From a virus: a stretch of DNA of 64,000 nt. This document shows positions 10,454 to 21,269 of the stretch, piece by piece. Every line of letters starts with the position of its first letter. Position 1 is the first letter of the stretch. Location: positions 32,001-96,000 of the IMG/VR virus record IMGVR_UViG_3300025280_000023; one strand, 5' to 3'. The notes below the pieces were generated by a model. That model had not been told where the DNA came from. It searched no databases and was given only the letters and a program-made list of their open reading frames with translations. A program made the translations under genes and the position numbers.

Positions 10454-11233
10454 TCACTTCCCCCAGCAAAAAGACGGATTAAGTACAAGCCTATTTTTTT
10501 GCTCTTCCGAAAGGCCCCTATGGTGGTCTTTTTCAATATATGAGTCTTTATCATTTAAATTCATAATCTTAAATCGACCATCATTCAGATCACTTCTCAA
10601 AAAGACTAAATTATTTCTTTTGCAAAAAGCCACTAAGTCATAGCCTTTATAATGACCCAGCCTTTCAAGGGCCGACGCCGAAGCTCCAAAAAATTGAGAC
10701 TCATCCCAGCAATGTAACTCATCATAGGGTATACTAATTCTCTCTTCCCAATTTGAGTTATACTCTATTATAACAACCTTGGGTCTGTACTTCAATTCTG
10801 CCCAAACCCAATAATCGTTCCCATCTATATCAATAGATAATAGATCAAAATCACTTTGTACAAGATTTTTCTTTAGAATTGAATCAAGTTCTTGTCCTTC
10901 ATTCAAACTAATAAACGCTTTTTCGCAAGTAACCTTTTTAAAGCTATTCATAGATTCTTTTAAAGTATTAAATCTAGCTTCGTCACCTTCAATTAAAAGA
11001 GCCCGCCACCCTTTTTTAATCCATCTATAAGAATTGCTCCAATATTTTTCTTCCCACCAGCCATTTCCAGCGCCTAATTCCACAACAACTTTATCTTTGG
11101 CATCTATTGATTCAAAGATTTTTTCTACCACCCCATCTTCACCATCAGTACTATAATAACCCTCCTCTTCCGAGGCTCCTTTCTGAGGGTGTCCGTCAAC
11201 AAAACCCGCTTTGTGTAAAGAAAGATCAATCAC
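10454..11233 (-). CDS. FkbM-like methyltransferase
   Basis: GEDG, VELGAGNG, SNS, LIEGD, LLSIDIDGNDYWVW, IIEYN. Confidence 0.8.
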   Translation of the reverse strand: MIDLSLHKAGFVDGHPQKGASEEEGYYSTDGEDGVVEKIFESIDAKDKVVVELGAGNGWWEEKYWSNSYRWIKKGWRALLIEGDEARFNTLKESMNSFKKVTCEKAFISLNEGQELDSILKKNLVQSDFDLLSIDIDGNDYWVWAELKYRPKVVIIEYNSNWEERISIPYDELHCWDESQFFGASASALERLGHYKGYDLVAFCKRNNLVFLRSDLNDGRFKIMNLNDKDSYIEKDHHRGLSEEQKNRLVLNPSFCWGK

Positions 11234-12284
11234 GATTCGACTTTTTATATAGGGTTATTTCATGTTGGGGAATCCAGTCTCTAACAAAGTCGCTATAATG
11301 TTTCATGCCTCCATTAAATTTGGTAAATACTTTCCACACTTCCAGATATTTTTCCCATTCCTGTTTCCACGGATTGCTCACCTCATAAGGCGCAGAGCCG
11401 GGAGTGTGTATCAAATTTTCAGCGCTAACCCCCTCTTCCCTCCCCTCGATTCCTCTAAGCCACTCCGTATTGTGAGGAATCGCGAAGTGCTCCATAAATT
11501 TAGGCTTCACAGCGAGACCTTTATCAATCAAATGTTGTTTTTGAGAAATATCTCCAAGCCTCTCTTGCGGATGCCCAGGGCCTTCCCAGCGTTCAGATTT
11601 TTCCCAGCAATTCCAAAACCATCCATCAGTCTCTTCTATAAGCCTATTTTTATTAACCGTATGTAACCCTTGGCTTTCGCGCGAATCCGTATAATACGCT
11701 CCCCTGTACGCAACCGCTAGACTATCAAAGTTCTTACCCAACGAAGCCAACAAATATTCAAACTCCAGTCTGTGGGCTGCTTTTCTAATTCCCTCGTGAT
11801 TGTTTTGGAATCCTTCAACCCATATTTCGTTTCTGTCACTAGACCGTTGTTCATCAATAAACTTGATAATTCTAGCGCATTGTTCTCTACCCATTATATC
11901 GCAATGCTGGTACGTCACCCAATCAGTCCTCGCAAGGTAAAGCCCAAGATTCCACTGGATGCCAGTGTCATACGCGGGATACTGGCTTCGGTTTTTTTCC
12001 AAATTCATGCAATAAACATCTAGAAAATCATATTTAAGCACTATGGGATTTGGCTTGTCGGTCCACTCAATCCATATAAAATCAACATCCTCAGAGTTAT
12101 ATTGGTTTTGACAGCACTTCAGTGCCAGATCAATATAGCCCTCCCTATAGAGAGCGTCCCACATAACAACCGTTAGCCGCTTCTCTTCATTTTCATACGG
12201 AGCCGGGGTAAAGAAGTTCCAAGTCGGCTTATCGCAGGGACTCCACGACCATTCAGGTACTATTATTTTTTTCTCATCACTCAT
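11226..12284 (-). CDS. Hypothetical protein, possible GT-A fold glycosyltransferase
   Basis: WNLGLYLARTDWVTYQHCD resembles the GT2 N-G-A...DxD region; operon context. Confidence 0.5.
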   Translation of the reverse strand: MSDEKKIIVPEWSWSPCDKPTWNFFTPAPYENEEKRLTVVMWDALYREGYIDLALKCCQNQYNSEDVDFIWIEWTDKPNPIVLKYDFLDVYCMNLEKNRSQYPAYDTGIQWNLGLYLARTDWVTYQHCDIMGREQCARIIKFIDEQRSSDRNEIWVEGFQNNHEGIRKAAHRLEFEYLLASLGKNFDSLAVAYRGAYYTDSRESQGLHTVNKNRLIEETDGWFWNCWEKSERWEGPGHPQERLGDISQKQHLIDKGLAVKPKFMEHFAIPHNTEWLRGIEGREEGVSAENLIHTPGSAPYEVSNPWKQEWEKYLEVWKVFTKFNGGMKHYSDFVRDWIPQHEITLYKKSNRD

Positions 12285-12972
12285 AAATAATCTCCAAATT
12301 AGGGGCTTTTGGCAATTCAGCGACAGTAATCATCTTAAAATCAACCTCAGGGTTTCTCTTAACAACATCCATAAAATGACCAACCATATCTGTATTCTTC
12401 ATCTTACGCTGCTGGTTTTCTAACGAATTATGCCATGGGCGTCTAAACAGGTAATCTTCTTGATAAAAATCTAATCCAACAACCCAAAGATTTTTAGGCT
12501 TCAAAAAATCAGCGGCATATATAACAGCTAGAACTCCAGTGTTCGGATGCTTCTTCTTGTATTTGCCATCTCCAGGCTTAAGATAAAACTTATCATCAAA
12601 ATAGTCATTATATTCAAGTAGCCTCTCAGGAAGCATATGACAGGTTAATTCCAGACTTTCATAATACTGCTTCATATGTGTCAACTCTGGATCAAGCTCA
12701 GCCTTTGAGAACTGTATATTCTCGATACCAAGCTCCCTGTAGTGCTCCGGTAGCAGCGGCGCTGTATGAAGTCTGTTTACGAAATGTGCAACGCGCTTAT
12801 CTTTAAGTTCGGGTGCGATAATTGAGTATTCGGAATCTTCATTATCAACATTTTTATCGATATTATTAACAATAAAACAATCTTGAAAATTACTAGAAAA
12901 CTCCGGAAGTCTCGCCACGCTAGCACCCTTGAGGACAACGCCAAAGTTATTCAAGTTTTTTTTAAAGTACAT
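12277..12972 (-). CDS. Putative sialyl/nonulosonyl transferase (GT42/Maf-like)
   Basis: VVLKGAS N-terminal motif and PNTGVLAVIYAADFLKPKNLWVVGLDFY, resembling the CstII-type TSG...IYLSGIDFY motif; same operon as neuA/neuB. Confidence 0.55.
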   Translation of the reverse strand: MYFKKNLNNFGVVLKGASVARLPEFSSNFQDCFIVNNIDKNVDNEDSEYSIIAPELKDKRVAHFVNRLHTAPLLPEHYRELGIENIQFSKAELDPELTHMKQYYESLELTCHMLPERLLEYNDYFDDKFYLKPGDGKYKKKHPNTGVLAVIYAADFLKPKNLWVVGLDFYQEDYLFRRPWHNSLENQQRKMKNTDMVGHFMDVVKRNPEVDFKMITVAELPKAPNLEIIYE

Positions 12973-13824
12973 CTACCCTTCCCTAGTGACCATAAAGCTG
13001 CGCACGATCTTTTTGCTGCCCTGCTCCCAGTGCTCCTGGCAAGCAAACTTAAGCAGGTGTTCGTTGCTAATATTATTATATATTCCGCGATGAAACCCGT
13101 CTGTATAGACACTCTGCACAGGCTCATATCCTGCCATTTCAAAAAGCTGCGGTTGCGGAACAGGTGTCGCTACGACATATCTAGAATCAAAACCAATCTT
13201 AAAATATTCCTTAAGGATCTTAACAAAATCGTTATCCTCATTATATAATGCCGGGTGTACCTCAACTAGCATACTGGTGTATCCCTCGTTTTTTGAAAAA
13301 TAATCAAGGCCGCTTTCAAATATCTTCACTTCGTGGCCTTCGACATCCATTTTAATAAAATTGGGATATCTCCTCCCCTCTAAAAAGCTCGTCAGCGTAT
13401 AGCACGGAACAGATATCTTATTGGTGCTATACTTATTCTTTGTTACGCTACTGAGGTTCGGCTTGCTGGCTTCCCAGAAATCTATTTCTCCATTGTTATC
13501 ACTTATTGCGCAATGAACAGTTTCATGATTTTCATATCCATTCTCCTCAATGTTTTCTTTCAAGAGCTTTAAATTTCTAGGATCGGGCTCAATTGCATAC
13601 ACAAATCCGTCATCTCCACAGTTTTCTAGCATATAAAGGGTCGTATAACCGATATTACTACCCAAGTCAACACACGTCATTCCCTCTTCAACCTCATTCT
13701 GTAGCAGGCCCATAAAGGCAAGCTCCCGCTGGCCCTGGTGGTACAATACTGCCGAGATTCCCCCATCTTCAACATCAAGGTTCATCATGTGGTTTCCAAT
13801 GCGCTTCTTAAGAACGTTAGACAT
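12973..13824 (-). CDS. FkbM family methyltransferase
   Basis: VDLGSNIGY, AIEP, CAIS, FIKMDVEGHE. Confidence 0.9.
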   Translation of the reverse strand: MSNVLKKRIGNHMMNLDVEDGGISAVLYHQGQRELAFMGLLQNEVEEGMTCVDLGSNIGYTTLYMLENCGDDGFVYAIEPDPRNLKLLKENIEENGYENHETVHCAISDNNGEIDFWEASKPNLSSVTKNKYSTNKISVPCYTLTSFLEGRRYPNFIKMDVEGHEVKIFESGLDYFSKNEGYTSMLVEVHPALYNEDNDFVKILKEYFKIGFDSRYVVATPVPQPQLFEMAGYEPVQSVYTDGFHRGIYNNISNEHLLKFACQEHWEQGSKKIVRSFMVTREG

Positions 13825-14500
13825 TCAACTCTCCATTAATCCTATTATCAATAGCGCTTAATACTAAATCAAGCATATTTACATTTTTATCGTGCCCTAT
13901 AATTGTATAGGTAGTGCCTTCCGGCGTAGAATCAAATCTTCCCGTCGCAGAAAATTTATGCAAAAATATGTCGTTATTTTCTAGTAAGGCGTAGTAGTCG
14001 CCTTTAACAGGGAGTAGTTCAGAAATTTTTTCAATATCATGTCCAGCGCCACAAAAAATATCCACATGTTTTACTAAATCGCTTTTAACTAGGTCCTGGA
14101 ACACTTCGTACTCCGCCCCCTCAATATTCATTTTTATAATATTGATATCATCTTTAAATGTTGGGACATTATCTAGAATCCACTCAGAAAATAAAATTGA
14201 TTCCACATCTTCACTTTCACTTGTGACATTCTTTTTTGTACTAAAAAGCGAATGGCCTAAGTTATTCGGAGCGTGATATAGTTTTCTATTCCCCGGCTTG
14301 CCTGAAACAGCGTAATTAAAAATTTTGATATTGTCTTTTTTAAGCCACGGAATATTACTAACCGCTTCATAGTGCTCACGACATGCCTCAAAGCCATATG
14401 CAAAAAAATTATCAAATCCTATCTCTGGGATTATACGTTCCGCCATGACCGTTAATTCGGTCCCATGATACAGTCCAAGATCAAAGTAATTAATCCTCAT
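13817..14500 (-). CDS. FkbM-like methyltransferase
   Basis: FDLGLYHG, GFEA, YAVS, IKMNIEGAEY. Confidence 0.8.
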   Translation of the reverse strand: MRINYFDLGLYHGTELTVMAERIIPEIGFDNFFAYGFEACREHYEAVSNIPWLKKDNIKIFNYAVSGKPGNRKLYHAPNNLGHSLFSTKKNVTSESEDVESILFSEWILDNVPTFKDDINIIKMNIEGAEYEVFQDLVKSDLVKHVDIFCGAGHDIEKISELLPVKGDYYALLENNDIFLHKFSATGRFDSTPEGTTYTIIGHDKNVNMLDLVLSAIDNRINGELNV

Positions 14501-15404
14501 CTATTACCCCTGACAAAAAATCGCCGTACTTCTCTGAAGTATTTACCATATCAATATCAGTATCGCAATCATTTATGTATTGCTTGCTAAAATCCAAAGG
14601 CCTGGAAACATTGACTTCTTCTGGACTAAGATCCCAGTGATCTTCAATAACAATAGCGCCCTTTCCGGCGATCTCTTTTGTTCCGCCTACGGAAGAACAC
14701 ACAATCTCACAGCCACACGCACGAGCGTCCACAACAACGTTGGGACAGTTATCATATCTCCCAAGATGAACAAGTGTATCCGACGCCTTATAGACCCCTA
14801 AAAGCTCGGACGTAGATAATTCCCCAAGATATTTAAGCTTACTATCCTCAACCACCTGTTCCGTTTCTCCGGCAATCAACATGACATCGTTTTCAGATGA
14901 ATTCTCTAAAAAATATCTTATATTTTCATCCAATCTTTTGAACGGCCTCCAATGTGAGGCTGCGCACCACACCTTGCCATTTTTATTTCTTATCACATGC
15001 GGAGGAGTGTTTTTTATGGCCTCCATATCCGCTCCGTTATGGATAATAGTAGAGTTTTTATGTTCTCCAAAATATTTAAAAACGAGTTCCTTGCTAAACC
15101 TAGACTGAAACACTACCGCATCAGAATTCCGATAAGTTCCGAGTATATTTTGGTTTTTTATTGCAAAATTATCGGTGGGATCAAAATAAATACCATCCAG
15201 CCTCTGTACCATTGGTATGTATCCGTCGGTTGCATTTTTTAATCGCCCATATAAGCTTTCTACAAAAGCCAAATGAACATCGGGAATGCTACCAGGGTGG
15301 TAAAGTTCATGCCCCATTTTCAATAGCTGCTTAACAAGCTTGCTCGCAAAGTGGTTTGGCCCCGTTGTTGACTCGATATTAACATTGTCCAAAAAAATAT
15401 TCAT
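14490..15404 (-). CDS. GT4 (GT-B) glycosyltransferase
   Basis: QRLDG, IIHNG, DNCPNVVVDARACG; start at MNIFLDNV. Confidence 0.85.
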   Translation of the reverse strand: MNIFLDNVNIESTTGPNHFASKLVKQLLKMGHELYHPGSIPDVHLAFVESLYGRLKNATDGYIPMVQRLDGIYFDPTDNFAIKNQNILGTYRNSDAVVFQSRFSKELVFKYFGEHKNSTIIHNGADMEAIKNTPPHVIRNKNGKVWCAASHWRPFKRLDENIRYFLENSSENDVMLIAGETEQVVEDSKLKYLGELSTSELLGVYKASDTLVHLGRYDNCPNVVVDARACGCEIVCSSVGGTKEIAGKGAIVIEDHWDLSPEEVNVSRPLDFSKQYINDCDTDIDMVNTSEKYGDFLSGVIDED

Positions 15405-16015
15405 TTCTTTTCCGCTACAACAACCTGGCACTCCACTTGGACCGGGCAGATATACTGCTGTTTAATATCAAAGAATTGTGACATATACTCTTGAAGCTCA
15501 CCAAGCGTCCACTCCCTAATGTGCATCTTGTTGTAAGGAGGGCCATTTTCCTCCACCTCCCACCCAAAGCTTCTTTGTAGTCCTTGTATAGCGCCTCTCT
15601 CCGGCGTAGATAAAACCAGAGTCTTAAAGTTCACTTTATTTATAAACCTTAAAAGCTCATCAGGATCTAAAACATGCTCAAGTACATCAGAACATATAAT
15701 TAAATCTACTTCGTCTTGAGGAGGATTATTAAAATCAGACTCTCGAAAATCATATAATGGGTACTTCTTTTTAATAAAAGATAGATTGGGTTCAAGTTCC
15801 AGCCCTATTATTTTTTTATCTCTAAAAAACTTCACAAGCTTATATGCGGAGCCGCATCCAATATCTAAAATTGTTTTATAGGATTCCTGATCGCATATAG
15901 TCCTGGCCTTCTGATAAACCTCTCTTTGGAATTGGTCCGTATGCTCCATCTGTTCACAAGTAACATACTCTTCTCTATGAATGTACCCCTCTTTTATGTT
16001 GTATACTTTATCCAT
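15401..16015 (-). CDS. SAM-dependent methyltransferase
   Basis: ILDIGCGS, DLIICSDVLEH, STP, HIREW. Confidence 0.88.
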   Translation of the reverse strand: MDKVYNIKEGYIHREEYVTCEQMEHTDQFQREVYQKARTICDQESYKTILDIGCGSAYKLVKFFRDKKIIGLELEPNLSFIKKKYPLYDFRESDFNNPPQDEVDLIICSDVLEHVLDPDELLRFINKVNFKTLVLSTPERGAIQGLQRSFGWEVEENGPPYNKMHIREWTLGELQEYMSQFFDIKQQYICPVQVECQVVVAEKK

Positions 16016-17171
16016 TGTACAAAACCTCATCTAAATACTCAACCGTGCTTTCATAACTTAAAACCCTGGACCAGTCTTTTGTCTTCTTGGCTATGCGATC
16101 ATAGTAATCTTTATCCGAACTAAGTCTTTCAAGCTCTTTTTCAAGCTGCTCTTCATTTCTGACATCTATCGCCGGCATGTCTGCGTACCTTCCGACCGCC
16201 TTCGTGTCCTGTAGGGAGCAGATCGTGGGGACACCAAAATACATCGCCTCAAGGCCGGATTTTCCAACACCTCCACATGTGTCAGTAATTTTATCTATAC
16301 AAACGTGTGATTGCGCCTTTTCAATTATTATATCTTTGTTTGGTAATTGGTTTTCTTTTCCGTATATATTGATCTTTACTTTAGGGATTTTGCTCGCAAC
16401 TTTTTTAACTATATCGCTTCCTTTCTTGTGTGATTCTCGAAGGCCCGGAGTGTGTATTACAGAAAACTCTCCTTTCTTTTTTTCACTAATATACTTAAAA
16501 TCATAAGTTTGCATCAGAGGAAGAGACTCGCGATGCAACCCTACCAAATCTAGCATCGCAAACGCCTGGATATTAAATATGTCTATATATCTGTTAAGGT
16601 TTTCACTATTCTCCCTATACGTTGTATCCGTCCACCAAGACGCTAGTCTTCCGGTAAGCCGCTTCGTGTATTCTTCAACAATACGAAGCTTTTCATTCGT
16701 CGTATGCAGAGAATCCGGAAATATTATTTCTAAAAGTGTTTCCCAGTCTCTAAAAAGGCCTTTGCTTTTCGCAGCCAAACAAAGGCCGATAAAAGACATC
16801 CGGCCTAGAGTATAAGGAGTCCCATTTTCTTCAGACAGATCCGTTATTTGTATTTTGTCCTCGACTCTATATTCTCTACAATAATCAAGTTTAAACAGGA
16901 TCTCAAGCATATCAAGTGAGCGTCCAGAAATACCAAAAAAATATATATCCGGATCATATAGCGCTTCAAGTAAGTATTCTATACTTTCTAATGAAGTTAA
17001 ATCGCTCCAATATTTCTTTTGTTCTTTTTTTAAAAACCCATACGGTATACTATCCGCATAGATGCCCTCCGCCGTAAACCGGCGCGAGTGTTCGTTAATC
17101 GCTTCTATAAGGTTTCCAGATGCACCATACGAAGGGGAAGGCGCAATTATTATTAATTTTTTTTTGTTCAT
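16008..17171 (-). CDS. Putative GT-B glycosyltransferase
   Basis: C-terminal HTP..KKGS...D...GVGKSGLEAMYFGVPTI. Confidence 0.7.
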   Translation of the reverse strand: MNKKKLIIIAPSPSYGASGNLIEAINEHSRRFTAEGIYADSIPYGFLKKEQKKYWSDLTSLESIEYLLEALYDPDIYFFGISGRSLDMLEILFKLDYCREYRVEDKIQITDLSEENGTPYTLGRMSFIGLCLAAKSKGLFRDWETLLEIIFPDSLHTTNEKLRIVEEYTKRLTGRLASWWTDTTYRENSENLNRYIDIFNIQAFAMLDLVGLHRESLPLMQTYDFKYISEKKKGEFSVIHTPGLRESHKKGSDIVKKVASKIPKVKINIYGKENQLPNKDIIIEKAQSHVCIDKITDTCGGVGKSGLEAMYFGVPTICSLQDTKAVGRYADMPAIDVRNEEQLEKELERLSSDKDYYDRIAKKTKDWSRVLSYESTVEYLDEVLYNG

Positions 17172-17911
17172 TCTAATCCTACGAGCCTATCATAGGGCCT
17201 TTTGGCCCTTATGTCTCTTTCAATGCGAAGCTGCTCCCCTCTGTGTACTCTATCGACCGATATGGGATTTTCTCTATTATAGACATATAGCACATCATAA
17301 ATTGGACAAAAGTGCTCAGGACCAGCCATCTCCACCATAGGATACATCATTGCTTGATCAAATGTACATTTATAGAAGTTACCGTCATGATCAAACATAT
17401 CCTCTTTATTTACTTTTAAAAATAGTTCACGGCGAAATGTCCTCAGGTGAGAAATTGTCCAAGCGTGCCTTCTAATATTGCCATCCCAGAACCCCTTATT
17501 TATTTGAGGCGACGATACAAGCCCATTAGAATTATCAATATATGAACCAGCAGTTATCCATACATCCGGCGTATATATTTCATTCAATCTTGCAAGAACG
17601 TCATGATTAGGAAACCAATCATCACCGTCCAAAGTAATAATTATACTTTCACGGTGAGATCGCACAATCTCGTTATATATGTTTTCTAAGGCCTTCTTGT
17701 TAATCTTGTTTTTTTCATAATGAAAATTTTCAGGATCTCCCAAGTTATCAATAGTGTTACTGACAACCGCATCGGTCTCATCGGTAGAGCAGTCGTTTAT
17801 ATACGCGACATCGAAGTTATCATATTTTTGTGCCAGAGCAGACCTAACGTTTTTTTCTGCCCATTGCTCAACATTGTACGCAGGTATCACTATCGTAAAA
17901 TGTTGTTCCAT
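17168..17911 (-). CDS. GT2 glycosyltransferase
   Basis: IVIPAYN, INDCSTD, LDGDDW. Confidence 0.9.
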   Translation of the reverse strand: MEQHFTIVIPAYNVEQWAEKNVRSALAQKYDNFDVAYINDCSTDETDAVVSNTIDNLGDPENFHYEKNKINKKALENIYNEIVRSHRESIIITLDGDDWFPNHDVLARLNEIYTPDVWITAGSYIDNSNGLVSSPQINKGFWDGNIRRHAWTISHLRTFRRELFLKVNKEDMFDHDGNFYKCTFDQAMMYPMVEMAGPEHFCPIYDVLYVYNRENPISVDRVHRGEQLRIERDIRAKRPYDRLVGLE

Positions 17912-20001
17912 TACGCAAAACTATTCTGCCAAAAGAAGTCTTTTCGCGTTCTAAGATAATCCAAAGCGCCATCTACATCGCCTTCAAACCAATCCTCTCC
18001 CATGTGTTGAACATTTTCATTAAGCTCTAGTTCACACCCAAGCAGCTTGGCTTCAATAACAAATCTAGGGCAGGTATCGTACCCGCTCGGCTTAAAACAT
18101 ATGCCCTTGGATTGGTTTAGTTTCTCAAGAAACTGCCCATACGGTAAATTAAACAGCACTTCATAATCAAGTTCCTTTTGCGCGCACCACCTCTCAGAGG
18201 CGGCAGCCCCTTTTACCCAGCTATTCGATCCCAAGACGACCCACTTATCCTTCTTGTCGCCATCCTGGGACTTCAATATATCCAACTTCTTGAAAAAGCC
18301 ATCATCAAATACAGAGGACAGAATATGACTATTTGCCTTCTTTATCCCGGGTAGACACTCCTGATATATGTCTCTTTGTTTTTCAGACATAAAGAACGTG
18401 GAGCTAGAATTAGTAATAAAGTCAGATAGAAGCTTTCCTCTAGGCGTTTCTTTATAGTCGCATTCTTCCGGCTCTACAAAAGAATATAACAATGGATTTC
18501 TATGCTTGCAAAACTTATAATCAAATTCTACAAAGCTATACTCTATTCCGGATTCATGAAATAGAGGCAATAAATCAAAATCAATATTGGCTATATTACC
18601 AAAAATCCATTTCTTATCTTTAAACCTATCAATTATTTCCCTTGTTACAAGGTTCGAGTTGACCCTGTTGAGTCCTGTCGGGCACGAATCAATTATTGCC
18701 TGTAGGCTTAGTTCCGCGCCTCCCTGGTACTGTTCCTTGAACAAATCACTCACAAAAATATACTGTGCGTCGTCGGTGTATAAATCACTTCCGCCCAGCA
18801 CAGACTCAACGAACTCTCCATGTTTTGACTCTTCTGAAAAATTCTCTAATAGGTGTGCCTGTAGCTTTTCTGCTTGGCTCTTAAACCTAGGATAGTCTTT
18901 ATAGACCTCCCTAAGCCTCATCTTAAATGAGCCCTCCTTGGGAAAGCACCAGCCAGAATCAGCCTCTAGAACCCCCGGCCAAGCTGCCTCCGGCTCAATC
19001 TGCTGGATGCTGTACTCAACATGCGCAAAATAGGGGCGAATCTTTTCCTTTCCCTTTTTATCTACTTTTGGAGCATATAAGAAATCGCATTGTCCAGACC
19101 ACCCCGGAACAACGATAGGGAGGCCGTTGTATGCACTTTCAAAAAGAGGCAATCCAAACCCTTCTCCGTGTGTAGTAGAAATCATGCATTTAATTTTGGG
19201 ATTATTATATAATGAATTCATCTCTTGAAGGGATAGATCTCCATGCAATAGATATACCTTGCACTTCCTATCCTCATACTTTTTCAAGAACTTTTTAAGC
19301 TTTTTAGTAGCCCTGCTTCTATCGATCAAGGAGTTGTTCTCCATGTTCATCTTGATAACAAGCCCTACTTCCTGATCGATAAACTCCTCAACAAACCATC
19401 TCAAGCAAGACTTAAGGTTTTTTCTTGGTGAGAATTGCGCAATCGTCAGGAAATTAAAATCATATTCCAGATCCAATTGTATATCTTTTTCTTCAGTCTC
19501 CCTCACAGGGTATGAAACAACATCAACCGGCGTTGTCAATCTAAAATCTTTAATCTCTTGCCCTGTATTGGGGTCTCTCTTCGTATAAGAAGTGTTTTCA
19601 TAAACCTCCTTCGAGTGATTAGACACAACAATAATCCTATCCATAAAATTACCGGACTCAATCCACTGCCCGGATACTTTCGTTGTCTCAATACCAGCAG
19701 TATACCCGATGTTTATGGGTGCCATTTTTTCAAATTCATTCGGTATGGTTACCTGAAGGGATATGTCATAGGGCCTCTTTTCACCATGAAGATTCGATTG
19801 GTGCTTCATAATAAGTGAATCAAGCCACTCCCGCTCCTCATCATCCTCAAAAATCCAGCCTGTTTTCCCCCAATTAGTAGGAATCAAAAATATATCAAAT
19901 AGGTCTTCTCTTGTTCTTAGTGCCCTTAATGCAAATCGAGTTTGCTCTCCGTACCCGCTTTGGGATAGTGCTGGGCCTCGTACTATAATTCTTTTTTTCA
20001 T
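17911..20001 (-). CDS. Two-module GT4-type glycosyltransferase fusion
   Basis: SGYG, RKN, HGEGFGLPLFES in module 1; QGGAE, DTCPRFVIEAKLLG in module 2; start at MKKRII with GGAGG SD. Confidence 0.85.
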   Translation of the reverse strand: MKKRIIVRGPALSQSGYGEQTRFALRALRTREDLFDIFLIPTNWGKTGWIFEDDEEREWLDSLIMKHQSNLHGEKRPYDISLQVTIPNEFEKMAPINIGYTAGIETTKVSGQWIESGNFMDRIIVVSNHSKEVYENTSYTKRDPNTGQEIKDFRLTTPVDVVSYPVRETEEKDIQLDLEYDFNFLTIAQFSPRKNLKSCLRWFVEEFIDQEVGLVIKMNMENNSLIDRSRATKKLKKFLKKYEDRKCKVYLLHGDLSLQEMNSLYNNPKIKCMISTTHGEGFGLPLFESAYNGLPIVVPGWSGQCDFLYAPKVDKKGKEKIRPYFAHVEYSIQQIEPEAAWPGVLEADSGWCFPKEGSFKMRLREVYKDYPRFKSQAEKLQAHLLENFSEESKHGEFVESVLGGSDLYTDDAQYIFVSDLFKEQYQGGAELSLQAIIDSCPTGLNRVNSNLVTREIIDRFKDKKWIFGNIANIDFDLLPLFHESGIEYSFVEFDYKFCKHRNPLLYSFVEPEECDYKETPRGKLLSDFITNSSSTFFMSEKQRDIYQECLPGIKKANSHILSSVFDDGFFKKLDILKSQDGDKKDKWVVLGSNSWVKGAAASERWCAQKELDYEVLFNLPYGQFLEKLNQSKGICFKPSGYDTCPRFVIEAKLLGCELELNENVQHMGEDWFEGDVDGALDYLRTRKDFFWQNSFA

Positions 20002-20002
20002 T

Positions 20003-21259
20003 TTATACCTCCAGTAGCTCCCATCCCTTATATAACTTAGTCGGCCAGCTTCCATTCCTTTCATGAATATCAGTCAATAAATCAACCCATTGTTGATTAT
20101 GATTATCAAAATTATAATTCTTCTTGACGTATTCTCTACCAAGAGTTCCAAGCGCCTTTCTATCTTCCTCCGGTAGCTCCCAAATCTTAACCAATGCGTC
20201 TATGACATCTTCCTTGCCAACCCTATCTTCATAGATATAAGGGATATCTTGTGTGCCGACAATTGCCTTGGAAGCCGGTTCTATTCCAACGCCGAACCAA
20301 TTCTTCCCATCCGTAACCTGTTCCTGTAGGCCTCCGGTCATATTGACAATAATTGGAGTACCACAAGAGAGCGATTCTAAAGTACTCAGGCCAAACCCCT
20401 CCGCATCAGATATATTTATCGTTACATCCGACAAGTTATACATGTTCGCAAGAAACTCCTGTGGTACGATATTATTATTTATAATGAGTTCCTGGTCTGT
20501 CAACTCCAAGTCATTTTTAATAGCTTGAAGATTCTGTCCATTTGGATCATACGGATTTGTATGCATTAGCAAAACCGCTTTGTCTCGGCCAACCTTGTCT
20601 AAAAAGTCTTTCCACCAAAATACCAAAGAACCACTAAGCTTTCTACGCGCATTTCTATTATTCCAAAAAACAACAAACCTATCATTTTCTAAGGTTGGAA
20701 AGTGCTTTTCAGAAAATTTACTTAATTCATCCTTGGGCGTCGGTTGAAATAGCTCACTGTCAACGGAATGCGGGATGTAGGTATTTTCCAAATCAGGGCA
20801 CACGGTACTAACAATATCATGTGTGACCTTAGAAATAGAGACAAAGTGGTCATTAGAGCCCCATACTGGCTTGTTGTAAACCGGATACGGATAATTGTCC
20901 CAAATCCCATACCACACCATAGGCACTAAGGGCCTGACTTCATTTGACATCTCAAGGAGCCATTGAAAAAACCTTGGATCCGATTGAAACAGTAGAACAT
21001 CTGGACGTTGAGTACGCAACAGGCTCCTTATTGTTTCTTGCGATCCAAACCCATCTATGGGTTGGATAATCCAATCATCACCAAACTCTTCTGTCTTAAT
21101 TGGATTATAGTCCTCGTGCTTTATTGCTCCACCAAACGAATACACAGTGAACTTACCGGATCTTAACAGCGCCGTGATTATAGTCCTCATTGTGTGGGCC
21201 ACCCCTGACGCCATCAGCGGGTGATCAGAGATCGTAAAGACCTTAATTTTTTCAGACAT
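20003..21259 (-). CDS. GT4 glycosyltransferase
   Basis: SDHP..SGV, IPHSVD, NNRNARRK, AEGFGLSTLESLSCGTP. Confidence 0.9.
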   Translation of the reverse strand: MSEKIKVFTISDHPLMASGVAHTMRTIITALLRSGKFTVYSFGGAIKHEDYNPIKTEEFGDDWIIQPIDGFGSQETIRSLLRTQRPDVLLFQSDPRFFQWLLEMSNEVRPLVPMVWYGIWDNYPYPVYNKPVWGSNDHFVSISKVTHDIVSTVCPDLENTYIPHSVDSELFQPTPKDELSKFSEKHFPTLENDRFVVFWNNRNARRKLSGSLVFWWKDFLDKVGRDKAVLLMHTNPYDPNGQNLQAIKNDLELTDQELIINNNIVPQEFLANMYNLSDVTINISDAEGFGLSTLESLSCGTPIIVNMTGGLQEQVTDGKNWFGVGIEPASKAIVGTQDIPYIYEDRVGKEDVIDALVKIWELPEEDRKALGTLGREYVKKNYNFDNHNQQWVDLLTDIHERNGSWPTKLYKGWELLEV

Positions 21260-21269
21260 TTATTCCTCA

